Positions 51,771 through 64,000 of a stretch of DNA of 64,000 bases are shown here, piece by piece. Within the stretch, counting starts at the first letter, position 1, and the number at the start of each line of letters is the position of its first letter. The position numbers and the translations under genes are program-made. Under the pieces are notes generated by a model that saw only the letters and a program-made list of their open reading frames with translations, searched no databases and was not told where the DNA came from. This DNA is from Eledone cirrhosa (taxonomy: Eukaryota). The stretch is taken from the NCBI GenBank assembly GCA_964016885.1, contig OZ024740.1, positions 295,678,001-295,742,000 on the forward strand. Direction: 5' to 3'.

Positions 51771-52127
51771 GTGAGGTTTTTTTTACAAAATGAAAAATAA
51801 CCGAGGTGTCCTACACGAGTGGAAGTATAAAGAAAAAGGGATGAAATCGAAAATGCAACTGAAGTCTTATTTAAAAAAAAAATATATATATTTATTTGGT
51901 TCCTTTACCGGTTTCGCAGTTCTTCTGCTTTTCAAAAGGTGAGTTGAGATGGAGGGTCTGTGGTTTTTCTCACATCCGATGTGAGAAAAACCACAGACCC
52001 TCCATCTCAACTCACCCTTTGAAAAGTAGAAGAACTGCGAAACCGGTAAAGGAACCAAATAAATATATATATTTTAAAAAAAATAAGACTTCAGTTGCAT
52101 TTTCGATTTCATCCCTTTTTCTTTATA
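51765..52127 (-). mobile_element. Fold-back element: 302-bp palindrome (51826-52127) plus unique tail 51765-51825
   Basis: Centre cacatc-c-gatgtg at about 51977; arms differ at a few sites; (TA)n flanks. Confidence 0.9.
51902..51939 (-). ncRNA. 38-nt minimal hammerhead ribozyme, U3-A8 core variant
   Basis: cctt-TTGAAAA-gcag aagaa ctgc-GAAA-ccgg-TA-aagg: perfect stems I and II, palindromic stem III (accggt), GUA triplet. Confidence 0.72.
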
Positions 52128-52677
52128 TATATATATATACATATATATATGGAAAGTTATATTTAAATTGTTGGGTTAACAACGAGTAAATATTTATAAC
52201 TGATATAAAAGCACTCAACAAGTATTTGGTTATGTCTGGTTATTTTTCATTTTCTCTTTTTCATTTTCTCTTTTTTCTCTCTATATAACGGCTATTTTCT
52301 CTCTTAACTACATACATATCTCTTTACATTAATACTAGAGCTAAATAAATAAATAAATAAATAAATAAATGTATCAACCGATACTCAACTTCCTAGTTTC
52401 TCTATCTATCTCTATCTATCACTTTCTTTTTTCCTCTCTCTATATATATTTCTCTCTGTTTCTTTACATGAAGGTCTTCTCTTTATCTATCTTTCTATAT
52501 CTCTCTATTTAGTCACATGCATTTCTTCTTTTTCTTCGTTTCTCTTTCTTTCTTTCTTTCTTTCTCTCTTTCTTTTTACAACTGTCCACAATATTTTTTA
52601 CTGCCAAATCAACCTCCCAAATGCAAGGTGATTGAAAGGTATGTCGTATCTATTTATTTATAAGACTGTTTATATTG

Positions 52678-52743
52678 TATTTTGTCTGAAGAAGGCATAA
52701 CATATTGTTAATATGATATCCCTGAAATATATATAACGAAATA
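52678..52743 (+). ncRNA. Minimal hammerhead ribozyme (family B second copy)
   Basis: tattttgt-CTGAAGA-aggcataacatatt gtt aatatgatatccct-GAAA-tatata-TA-acgaaata. Confidence 0.75.
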
Positions 52744-52783
52744 AATATGGTTTTATAAATATAGTTTCCATTTATTTAATATC

Positions 52784-52930
<147 letters not shown>

Positions 52931-52949
52931 AAGGTTACAGTGTGTCTAA

Positions 52950-53190
52950 AGCCATCATTCCGGTTTCATGTTTCATTAGTGTTTAGCGACTGGGAGTACA
53001 AGCTGTTCCCCTTAAAAGACGCCAATCTGTCGCACGGTTAACTCCTATGTACTGCTGGTACTCTTTTTCATCTGGAGCAAATTGAAAAGAAGTGTTTTGC
53101 ACAAGAACACAACACGCGCTACTTGATCCAGGAATCTACCCTACGACATTATAATCGTAACTCTAACACCCTAACCATTACGTTATGTCC
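52950..53190 (-). mobile_element. Old SINE of a second family
   Basis: gaagtgttttgcacaagaacacaacacg...ccaggaatc...aacaccctaacca reads as the reverse of a tRNA-like head plus conserved core. Confidence 0.55.
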
Positions 53191-53721
53191 CGCGTGTTCA
53201 CATGATTCTCTAAGGACTTCTAAATATACCGAACAATGCCTGAAATTGTCAATCTTCTATATTTATCTCCCCTTCTCCGAAAGCAGTATTTTTCATTTCC
53301 CACTGCAGTTCGGCTCATTGAAATCAATATTTTCTAAGAAGTTTTATTTACTAATATTTGCCATTGCCACTTCCCGGATTTTACCGTATTACAGTAATGT
53401 TAGACATTGACTAATTTTGTCTTTTAATGAGCGCACAATTATTTAAAATAAGCTTGTTTACCTTCTTCATTCCATAAATTGATGATAGATGAAGACCATG
53501 ACTTCAATTCCACTGCAGTTCAATAGAAGACATAGACACGCCAGTGACAGGGGAATATTCAAGCTACTCACCTGCTAAATATGTTAACACTAACTATTGT
53601 TTTATCATGCAGATAGCATCTCTGAGGAATTGCTCTTTATGATTTATATTCTAAATTAGTCCAGTACAGCTTTGTCCACGCCGCCTTTTTTTATATAGGC
53701 AGTGAGTGTATTTGAGAACAT

Positions 53722-53908
53722 TGGATTTGCAGTATCAGTAGATGGTCTGACACCATGCTTTGCAGGAAAGAGTTACGGCCCTTTATGGTCTGAGTTCAAA
53801 TGCCGCCGATGTTAACTTTGCCTTTCATCCTTACAAGGTCGATAAAATAAAGTACCGGTAATGTACTGGGTAATTGAGGGCCTTGCGCCAAAAGTAGAAA
53901 CAATTATA
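53722..53908 (+). mobile_element. SINE copy at the satellite boundary
   Basis: ggatttgcagtatcagtaga...gagttcaaatgccgccgatgttaactttgcctttcatccttac...agtagaaacaattat. Confidence 0.88.
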
Positions 53909-56900
53909 TAGACAGTGAGTATACCTAAGAATATATTATATAGATAGTGAGTGTATCTAAGAACATATTATATAGACAGTGAGTGTACCTAATAACATAT
54001 TATATAGAGAGTTAGTGTACCTAAGAATATATTATATAGACAGTGAGTGTACCTAAGAATATATCATATAGACAGTGAGTGTACCTAAGAATATATTATA
54101 TAGACAGTGACTGTACCTAAGAATATATTATATAGAGAGTGAGTGTACCTAAGAATATATTATATAGACAGTGAGTGTACCTAAGAATATATTATATAGA
54201 CAGTGAGTGTACCTAAGAATATATTATATAGACAGTGACTGTACCTAAGAATATATTATATAGAGAGTGAGTGTACCTAAGAATATATTATATAGACAGT
54301 GAGTGTACCTAAGAATATATTATATAGACAGTGAGTGTACCTAAGAATATATTATATAGACAGTGACTGTACCTAAGAATATATTATATAGACAGTGACT
54401 GTACCTGAGAATATATTATATAGACAGTGAATGTATCCAAGAATATATTATATAGACAGTGAGTGTACCTGAGAATATATTATATAGACAGTGAGTGTAC
54501 CTAAGAATATATTATATAGATAGTGAGTGTATCCAAGAATATATTATATAGACAGTGAGTGTACCTGAGAATATATTATATAGACAGTGAGTGTACATAA
54601 GAATATATTATATAGACAGTGAGTGTACCTAAGAATATATTATATAGATAGTGAGTGTATCTAAGAATATATTATATAGATAGTGAGTGTATCTAAGAAT
54701 ATATTATATAGACAGTGAGTGTACCTAAGAATATATTATATAGACAGTGATTGTACCTAAGAATATATTATATAGACAGTGAGTGTACCCGAGAATATAT
54801 TATATAGACAGTGATTGTACCTAAGAATATATTATATAGACAGTGAGTGTAACTAAGAATATATTATATAGAAAGTGAGTGTACTGGGAATATATTATAT
54901 AGACAGTGAGTGTACTGAGAATATATTATATAGACAGTGAGTGTACCTAACAATATATTATATAGACAGAGAGTGTACCTAAGAATATATTATATAGAGA
55001 GTGAGTGTACTGGGAATATATTATATAGACAGTGAGTGTACTGAGAATATATTATATAGAGAGTGAGTGTACCTAAGAATATATTATATGGAGAGTGAGT
55101 GTACTGACTATATATTATATAGACAATGAGTGTACCTAAGAATATATTATATAGACAGTGAGTGTACCTAAGAATATATTATATAGATAGTGAGTGTACC
55201 TAAGAATATATTATATAGACAGTGAGTGTACCTAAGAATATATTATATAGACAGTGAGTGTACCTAAGAATATATTATATAGACAGTGAGTGTACCTAAG
55301 AATATATTATATAGACAGTGAGTGTACCTAAGAATATATTATATAGAGAGTGAGTGTACCTAAGAATATATTATATAGACAGTGAGTGTACCTAAGAATA
55401 TATTATATAGACAGTGAGTGTACCTAAGAATATATTATATAGACAGTGAGTGTACCTAAGAATATATTATATAGACAGTGAGTGTACCTAAGAATATATT
55501 ATATAGACAGTGAGTGTACCTAAGAATATATTATATAGACAGTGAGTGTACCTAAGAATATATTATATAGACAGTGAGTGTACCTAAGAATATATTATAT
55601 AGACAGTGACTGTACCTAAGAATATATTATATAGAGAGTGAGTGTACCTAAGAATATATTATATAGACAGTGAGTGTACCTAAGAATATATTATATAGAC
55701 AGTGAGTGTACCTAAGAATATATTATATAGACAGTGACTGTACCTAAGAATATATTATATAGAGAGTGAGTGTACCTAAGAATATATTATATAGACAGTG
55801 AGTGTACCTAAGAATATATTATATAGACAGTGAGTGTACCTAAGAATATATTATATAGACAGTGACTGTACCTAAGAATATATTATATAGAGAGTGAGTG
55901 TACCTAAGAATATATTATATAGACAGTGAGTGTACCTAAGAATATATTATATAGACAGTGAGTGTACCTAAGAATATATTATATAGAGAGTGAGTGTACC
56001 TAAGAATATATTATACAGACAGTGAGTGTACCTAAGAATGTATTATATAGACAGTGAGTGTACCTAAGAATATATTATATAGACAGTGACTGTACCTAAG
56101 AATATATTATATAGACAGTGACTGTACCTAAGAATATATTATATAGACAGTGAATGTATCCAAGAATATATTATATAGACAGTGAGTGTACCTGAGAATA
56201 TATTATATAGACAGTGAGTGTACATAAGAATATATTATATAGACAGTGAGTGTACCTAAGAATATATTATATAGATAGTGAGTGTATCTAAGAATATATT
56301 ATATAGATAGTGAGTGTATCTAAGAATATATTATATAGACAGTGAGTGTACCTAAGAATATATTATATAGACAGTGATTGTACCTAACAATATATTATAT
56401 AGACAGTGAGTGTACCCGAGAATATATTATATAGACAGTGATTGTACCTAAGAATATATTATATAGACAGTGAGTGTAACTAAGAATATATTATATAGAA
56501 AGTGAGTGTACTGGGAATATATTATATAGACAGTGAGTGTACTGAGAATATATTATATAGACAGTGAGTGTACCTAACAATATATTATATAGACAGAGAG
56601 TGTACCTAAGAATATATTATATAGAGAGTGAGTGTACTGGGAATATATTATATAGACAGTGAGTGTACTGAGAATATATTATATAGAGAGTGAGTGTACC
56701 TAAGAATATATTATATAGAGAGTGAGTGTACGCGAGAATATATTATATAGACAGTGAGTGTACCTAAGAATATATTATATAGACAGTGAGTGTACCTAAG
56801 AATATATTATATAGACAGTGAGTGTACCTAAGAATATATTATATAGACAGTGAGTGTACCTAAGAATATATTATATAGACAGTGAGTGTACCTAAGAATA

Positions 56901-59900
56901 TATTATATAGACAGTGAGTGTACCTAAGAATATATTATATAGACAGTGAGTGTACCTAAGAATATATTATATAGACAGTGACTGTACCTAAGAATATATT
57001 ATATAGAGAGTGAGTGTACCTAAGAATATATTATATAGACAGTGAGTGTACCTAAGAATATATTATATAGACAGTGAGTGTACCTAAGAATATATTATAT
57101 AGACAGTGACTGTACCTAAGAATATATTATATAGAGAGTGAGTGTACCTAAGAATATATTATATAGACAGTGAGTGTACCTAAGAATATATTATATAGAC
57201 AGTGAGTGTACCTAAGAATATATTATATAGACAGTGACTGTACCTAAGAATATATTATATAGAGAGTGAGTGTACCTAAGAATATATTATATAGACAGTG
57301 AGTGTACCTAAGAATATATTATATAGACAGTGAGTGTACCTAAGAATATATTATATAGAGAGTGAGTGTACCTAAGAATATATTATACAGACAGTGAGTG
57401 TACCTAAGAATGTATTATATAGACAGTGAGTGTACCTAAGAATATATTATATAGACAGTGACTGTACCTAAGAATATATTATATAGACAGTGACTGTACC
57501 TAAGAATATATTATATAGACAGTGAATGTATCCAAGAATATATTATATAGACAGTGAGTGTACCTGAGAATATATTATATAGACAGTGAGTGTACATAAG
57601 AATATATTATATAGACAGTGAGTGTACCTAAGAATATATTATATAGATAGTGAGTGTATCTAAGAATATATTATATAGATAGTGAGTGTATCTAAGAATA
57701 TATTATATAGACAGTGAGTGTACCTAAGAATATATTATATAGACAGTGATTGTACCTAACAATATATTATATAGACAGTGAGTGTACCCGAGAATATATT
57801 ATATAGACAGTGATTGTACCTAAGAATATATTATATAGACAGTGAGTGTAACTAAGAATATATTATATAGAAAGTGAGTGTACTGGGAATATATTATATA
57901 GACAGTGAGTGTACTGAGAATATATTATATAGACAGTGAGTGTACCTAACAATATATTATATAGACAGAGAGTGTACCTAAGAATATATTATATAGAGAG
58001 TGAGTGTACTGGGAATATATTATATAGACAGTGAGTGTACTGAGAATATATTATATAGAGAGTGAGTGTACCTAAGAATATATTATATAGAGAGTGAGTG
58101 TACGCGAGAATATATTATATAGACAGTGAGTGTACCTAAGAATATATTATATAGACAGTGAGCGTACCTAAGAATATATTATATAGAGAGTGAGTGTAAC
58201 TAAGAATATATTATATAGACAGTGAGTGTACCTAAGAATATATTATATAGACAGTGAGTGTACCTGAGAATATATTATATAGACAGTGAGTGTACCTAAG
58301 AATATATTATATAGATAGTGAGTGTACCTGAGAATATATTATATAGACAATGAGTGTTCCTAAGAATATATTATATAGACAGCAAGTGTACTGACTATAT
58401 ATTATATAGACAATGAGTGTACCTAAGAATATATTATATAGACAGTGAGTGTACCTAAGAATATATTGTATAGACAGTGAGTGTACATAAGAATATATTA
58501 TATAGACAGTGAGTGTACCTAACAATATATTATATAGAGAGTGAGTGTACCTAAGAATATATTATATAGACAGTAAGTGTACCTAACAATATATTATATA
58601 GACAGTGACTGTACCTAAGAATATATTATATAGAGAGTGATTGTACCTAAGAATATATTATATAGAGAGTGAGTGTACCTAATAATATATTATATAGACA
58701 GTGATTGTACCTAAGAATATATTATATAGGCACTGACTGGACTTGAGAATATATTATATAGACAATAGGTGTACCTACGAATATATTATATAGAGAGTGG
58801 TTGTACTGAGAATATATTATATAGACAGTGAATGTATCCAAGAATATATTATATAGACAGTGAGTGTACCTGAGAATATATTATATAGACAGTGAGTGTA
58901 CCTAAGAGTATATTATATAGATAGTGAGTGTATCTAAGAATATATTATATAGATAGTGAGTGTATCTAAGAATATATTATATAGACAGTGAGTGTACCTA
59001 GGAATATATTATATAGACAGTGAGTGTACTTAAGCATATATTATATAGACAGTGAGTGTACTGAGAATATATTATATAGACAGTGAGTGTACCTAAGAAT
59101 ATATTATATAGACAGTGAGTGTACCCGAGAATATATTATATAGACAGTGATTGTACCTAAGAATATATTATATAGACAGTGATTTTACCTAAGAATATAT
59201 TATATAGACAGTGAGTGTACCCGAGAATATATTATATAGACAGTGATTGTACCTAAGAATATATTATATAGACAGTGAGTGTAACTAAGAATATATTATA
59301 TAGAAAGTGAGTGTACTGGGAATATATTATATAGACAGTGAGTGTACTGAGAATATATTATATAGACAGTGAGTGTACCTAACAATATATTATATAGACA
59401 GAGAGTGTACCTAAGAATATATTATATAGAGAGTGAGTGTACTGGGAATATATTATATAGACAGTGAGTGTACTGAGAATATATTATATAGAGAGTGAGT
59501 GTACCTAAGAATATATTATATAGAGAGTGAGTGTACTGACTATATATTATATAGACAATGAGTGTACCTAAGAATATATTATATAGACAGTGAGTGTACC
59601 TAAGAATATATTATATAGACAGTGAGTGTACCTAAGAATATATTATATAGACAGTGAGTGTACCTAAGAATATATTATATAGAGAGTGAGTGTACCTAAG
59701 AATATATTATATAGACAGTGAGTGTACCTAAGAATATATTATATAGACAGTGAGTGTACCTAACAATATATTATATAGACAGTGAGTGTTCCTAAGAATA
59801 TATTATATAGACAGCAAGTGTACTGAATATATATTATATAGACAATGAGTGTACCTAAGAATATGTTATATAGAGAGTGAGTGTACCTAAGAATATATTA

Positions 59901-62900
59901 TATAGACAGTGAGTGTACCTAAGAATATATTATATAGACAGTGAGTGTACCTAAGAATATATTATATAGACAGTGAGTGTACCTAAGAATATATTATATA
60001 GACAGTGAGTGTACCTAAGAATATATATTATATAGACAGTGAGTGTACCTAAGAATATATTATATAGACAGTGAGTGTACCTAAGAATATATTATATAGA
60101 CAGTGAGTGTACCTAAGAATATATTATATAGACAGTGACTGTACCTAAGAATATATTATATAGAGAGTGAGTGTACCTAAGAATATATTATATAGACAGT
60201 GAGTGTACATAAGAATATATTATATAGACAGTGAGTGTACCTAAGAATATATTATATAGACAGTGACTGTACCTAAGAATATATTATATAGAGAGTGAGT
60301 GTACCTAAGAATATATTATATAGACAGTGAGTGTACCTAAGAATATATTATATAGACAGTGAGTGTACCTAAGAATATATTATATAGACAGTGACTGTAC
60401 CTAAGAATATATTATATAGAGAGTGAGTGTACCTAAGAATATATTATATAGACAGTGAGTGTACCTAAGAATATATTATATAGACAGTGAGTGTACGTAA
60501 GAATATATTATATAGAGAGTGAGTGTACCTAAGAATATATTATATAGACAGTGAGTGTACCTAAGAATATATTATATAGACAGTGAGTGTACCTAAGAAT
60601 ATATTATATAGACAGTGACTGTACCTAAGAATATATTATATAGACAGTGACTGTACCTAAGAATATATTATATAGACAGTGAATGTATCCAAGAATATAT
60701 TATATAGACAGTGAGTGTACCTGAGAATATATTATATAGACAGTGATTGTACCTAAGAATATATTATATAGACAGTGAGTGTAACTAAGAATATATTATA
60801 TAGAAAGTGAGTGTACTGGGAATATATTATATAGACAGTGAGTGTACTGAGAATATATTATATAGAGAGTGAGTGTACCTAAGAATATATTATATAGAGA
60901 GTGAGTGTACTGACTATATATTATATAGACAATGAGTGTACCTAAGAATATATTATATAGACAGTGAGTGTACCTAAGAATATATTATATAGACAGTGAG
61001 TGTACCTAAGAATATATTATATAGACAGTGAGTGTACCTAAGAATATATTATATAGAGAGTGAGTGTACCTAAGAATATATTATATAGACAGTGAGTGTA
61101 CCTAAGAATATATTATATAGACAGTGAGTGTACCTAAGAATATATTATATAGAGAGTGAGTGTACCTAAGAATATATTATATAGACAGTGAGTGTACCTA
61201 AGAATATATTATATAGACAGTGAGTGTACCTAAGAATATATTATATAGACAGTGAGTGTACCTAAGAATATATTATATAGACAGTGAGTGTACCTAAGAA
61301 TATATTATATAGACAGTGAGTGTACCTAAGAATATATTATATAGACAGTGAGTGTACCTAAGAATATATTATATAGACAGTGAGTGTACCTAAGAATATA
61401 TTATATAGACAGTGACTGTACCTAAGAATATATTATATAGAGAGTGAGTGTACCTAAGAATATATTATATAGACAGTGAGTGTACATAAGAATATATTAT
61501 ATAGACAGTGAGTGTACCTAAGAATATATTATATAGACAGTGACTGTACCTAAGAATATATTATATAGAGAGTGAGTGTACCTAAGAATATATTATATAG
61601 ACAGTGAGTGTACCTAAGAATATATTATATAGACAGTGAGTGTACCTAAGAATATATTATATAGACAGTGACTGTACCTAAGAATATATTATATAGAGAG
61701 TGAGTGTACCTAAGAATATATTATATAGACAGTGAGTGTACCTAAGAATATATTATATAGACAGTGAGTGTACGTAAGAATATATTATATAGAGAGTGAG
61801 TGTACCTAAGAATATATTATATAGACAGTGAGTGTACCTAAGAATATATTATATAGACAGTGAGTGTACCTAAGAATATATTATATAGACAGTGACTGTA
61901 CCTAAGAATATATTATATAGACAGTGACTGTACCTAAGAATATATTATATAGACAGTGAATGTATCCAAGAATATATTATATAGACAGTGAGTGTACCTG
62001 AGAATATATTATATAGACAGTGATTGTACCTAAGAATATATTATATAGACAGTGAGTGTAACTAAGAATATATTATATAGAAAGTGAGTGTACTGGGAAT
62101 ATATTATATAGACAGTGAGTGTACTGAGAATATATTATATAGACAGTGAATGTACCTAACAATATATTATATAGACAGAGAGTGTACCTAAGAATATATT
62201 ATATAGAGAGTGAGTGTACTGGGAATATATTATATAGACAGTGAGTGTACTGAGAATATATTATATAGAGAGTGAGTGTACCTAAGAATATATTATATAG
62301 AGAGTGAGTGTACGCGAGAATATATTATATAGACAGAGAGTGTACCTAAGAATATATTATATAGACAGTGAGTGTACCTAAGAATATATTATATAGAGAG
62401 TGAGTGTAACTAAGAATATATTATATAGACAGTGAGTGTACCTAAGAATATATTATATAGACAGTGAGTGTACCTGAGAATATATTATATAGACAGTGAG
62501 TGTACCTAAGAATATATTATATAGATAGTGAGTGTACCTGAGAATATATTATATAGACAATGAGTATTCCTAAGAATATATTATATAGACAGCAAGTGTA
62601 CTGACTATATACTATATAGACAGTGAGTGTACCTAAGAATATATTATATAGACAGTGAGTGTACCTAACAATATATTATATAGAGAGTGAGTGGACCTAA
62701 GAATATATTATATAGACAGTAAGCGGACCTAACAATATATTATATAGACAGTGAGTGTACCTAAGAATATATTATATAGAGAGTGATTGTACCTAAGAAT
62801 ATATTATATAGACAGTGAGTGTACCTAATAATATATTATATAGACAGTGATTGTACCTAAGAATATATTATACAGGCACTGACTGGACTTGAGAATATAT

Positions 62901-64000
62901 TATATAGACAATAGGTGTACCTACGAATATATTATATAGAGAGTGGTTGTACTGAGAATATATTATATAGACAGTGAATGTATCCAAGAATATATTATAT
63001 AGACAGTGAGTGTACCTGAGAATATATTATATAGACAGTGAGTGTACCTAAGAGTATATTATATAGATAGTGAGTGTATCTAAGAATATATTATATAGAT
63101 AGTGAGTGTATCTAAGAATATATTATATAGACAGTGAGTGTACCTAAGAATATATTATATAGACAGTGATTGTACCTAAGAATATATTATATAGACAGTG
63201 AGTGTACCTAAGAATATATTATATAGACAATGAGTGTACCTAGGAATACATTATATAGACAGTGAGTGTACCTAAGCATATATTATATAGACAGTGAGTG
63301 TACTGAGAATATATTATATAGACAGTGAGTGTACCTAAGAATATATTATATAGAGAGTGAGTGTACGCGAGAATATATTATATAGACAGTGAGTTTATCT
63401 AAGAATATATTATATAGACAGTGAGTGTACCTGAGAATATATTATATAGACAGTGAGTGTACATAAGAATATATTATATAGACAGTGAGTGTACCTAAGA
63501 ATATATTATATAGATAGTGAGTGTATCTAAGAATATATTATATAGATAGTGAGTGTACCTAAGAATATATTATATAGACAGTGAGTGTACCTAAGAATAT
63601 ATTATATAGACAGTGATTGTACCTAAGAATATAATATATAGACAGTGAGTGTAAAAAAGAATATATTATATAGACAGTGATTGTACCTAAGAATATATTA
63701 TATAGACAGTGAGTGTACCTAAGAATATATTATATAGACAGTGAGTGTACCTAAGCATATATTATATAGACAGTGAGTGTACTGAGAATATATTATATAG
63801 ACAGTGAGTGTACCTAATAATATATTATATAGACAGTGAGTGTACCTGAGAATATATTATATAGACAGTGAGTGTACATAAGAATATATTATATAGACAG
63901 TGAGTGTACCTAAGATAATATTATATAGATAGTGAGTGTATCTAAGAATATATTATATAGATAGTGAGTGTATCTAAGAATATATTATATAGACAGTGAG
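53904..64000. repeat. 32-bp tandem satellite (gacagtgagtgtacctaagaatatattatata)n, about 315 copies, continues past the window end
   Basis: Direct periodicity; recurring variant monomers define higher-order repeats. Confidence 0.98.

Noticed and set aside
53200-53640. Possible minus-strand exons (donor-like sites at about 53461 and 53571)
   Set aside because: Candidate frames are short or contain stops and give no recognisable protein; RNA data would be needed.
53904-64000. CRISPR-like regular 32-bp repeat
   Set aside because: Monomers are contiguous with no unique spacers, there are no cas genes, and the context is eukaryotic.

Overview
AT-rich, microsatellite-saturated eukaryotic DNA, most likely a cephalopod (Octopus-like, inferred from the SINE and repeat content). 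I find no convincing host protein-coding exon; most of the short ORFs in the track are translations of (TA)n, (CA)n, (TACA)n or (CT)n. The window is almost entirely mobile DNA. It holds about 20 copies of one tRNA-derived SINE, a near full-length but frameshifted RTE LINE with three C-terminal C2H2 fingers (43.7-48.0 kb), five short non-autonomous relatives of that RTE, and decayed CR1-like, Expander/RTE-like and R4/Dong-like LINE fragments. It also holds three Penelope-like (GIY-YIG) elements and a >10 kb 32-bp satellite with higher-order structure running off the end. The most striking signal is a dozen fold-back (inverted-repeat) inserts, mostly in (TA)n tracts, whose arms carry minimal type-I hammerhead ribozyme motifs that can be folded by eye. 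Two have a compensatory U3-A8 core, and one pair of copies shows covarying stems. Coordinates were read manually; ends of decayed repeats are approximate.
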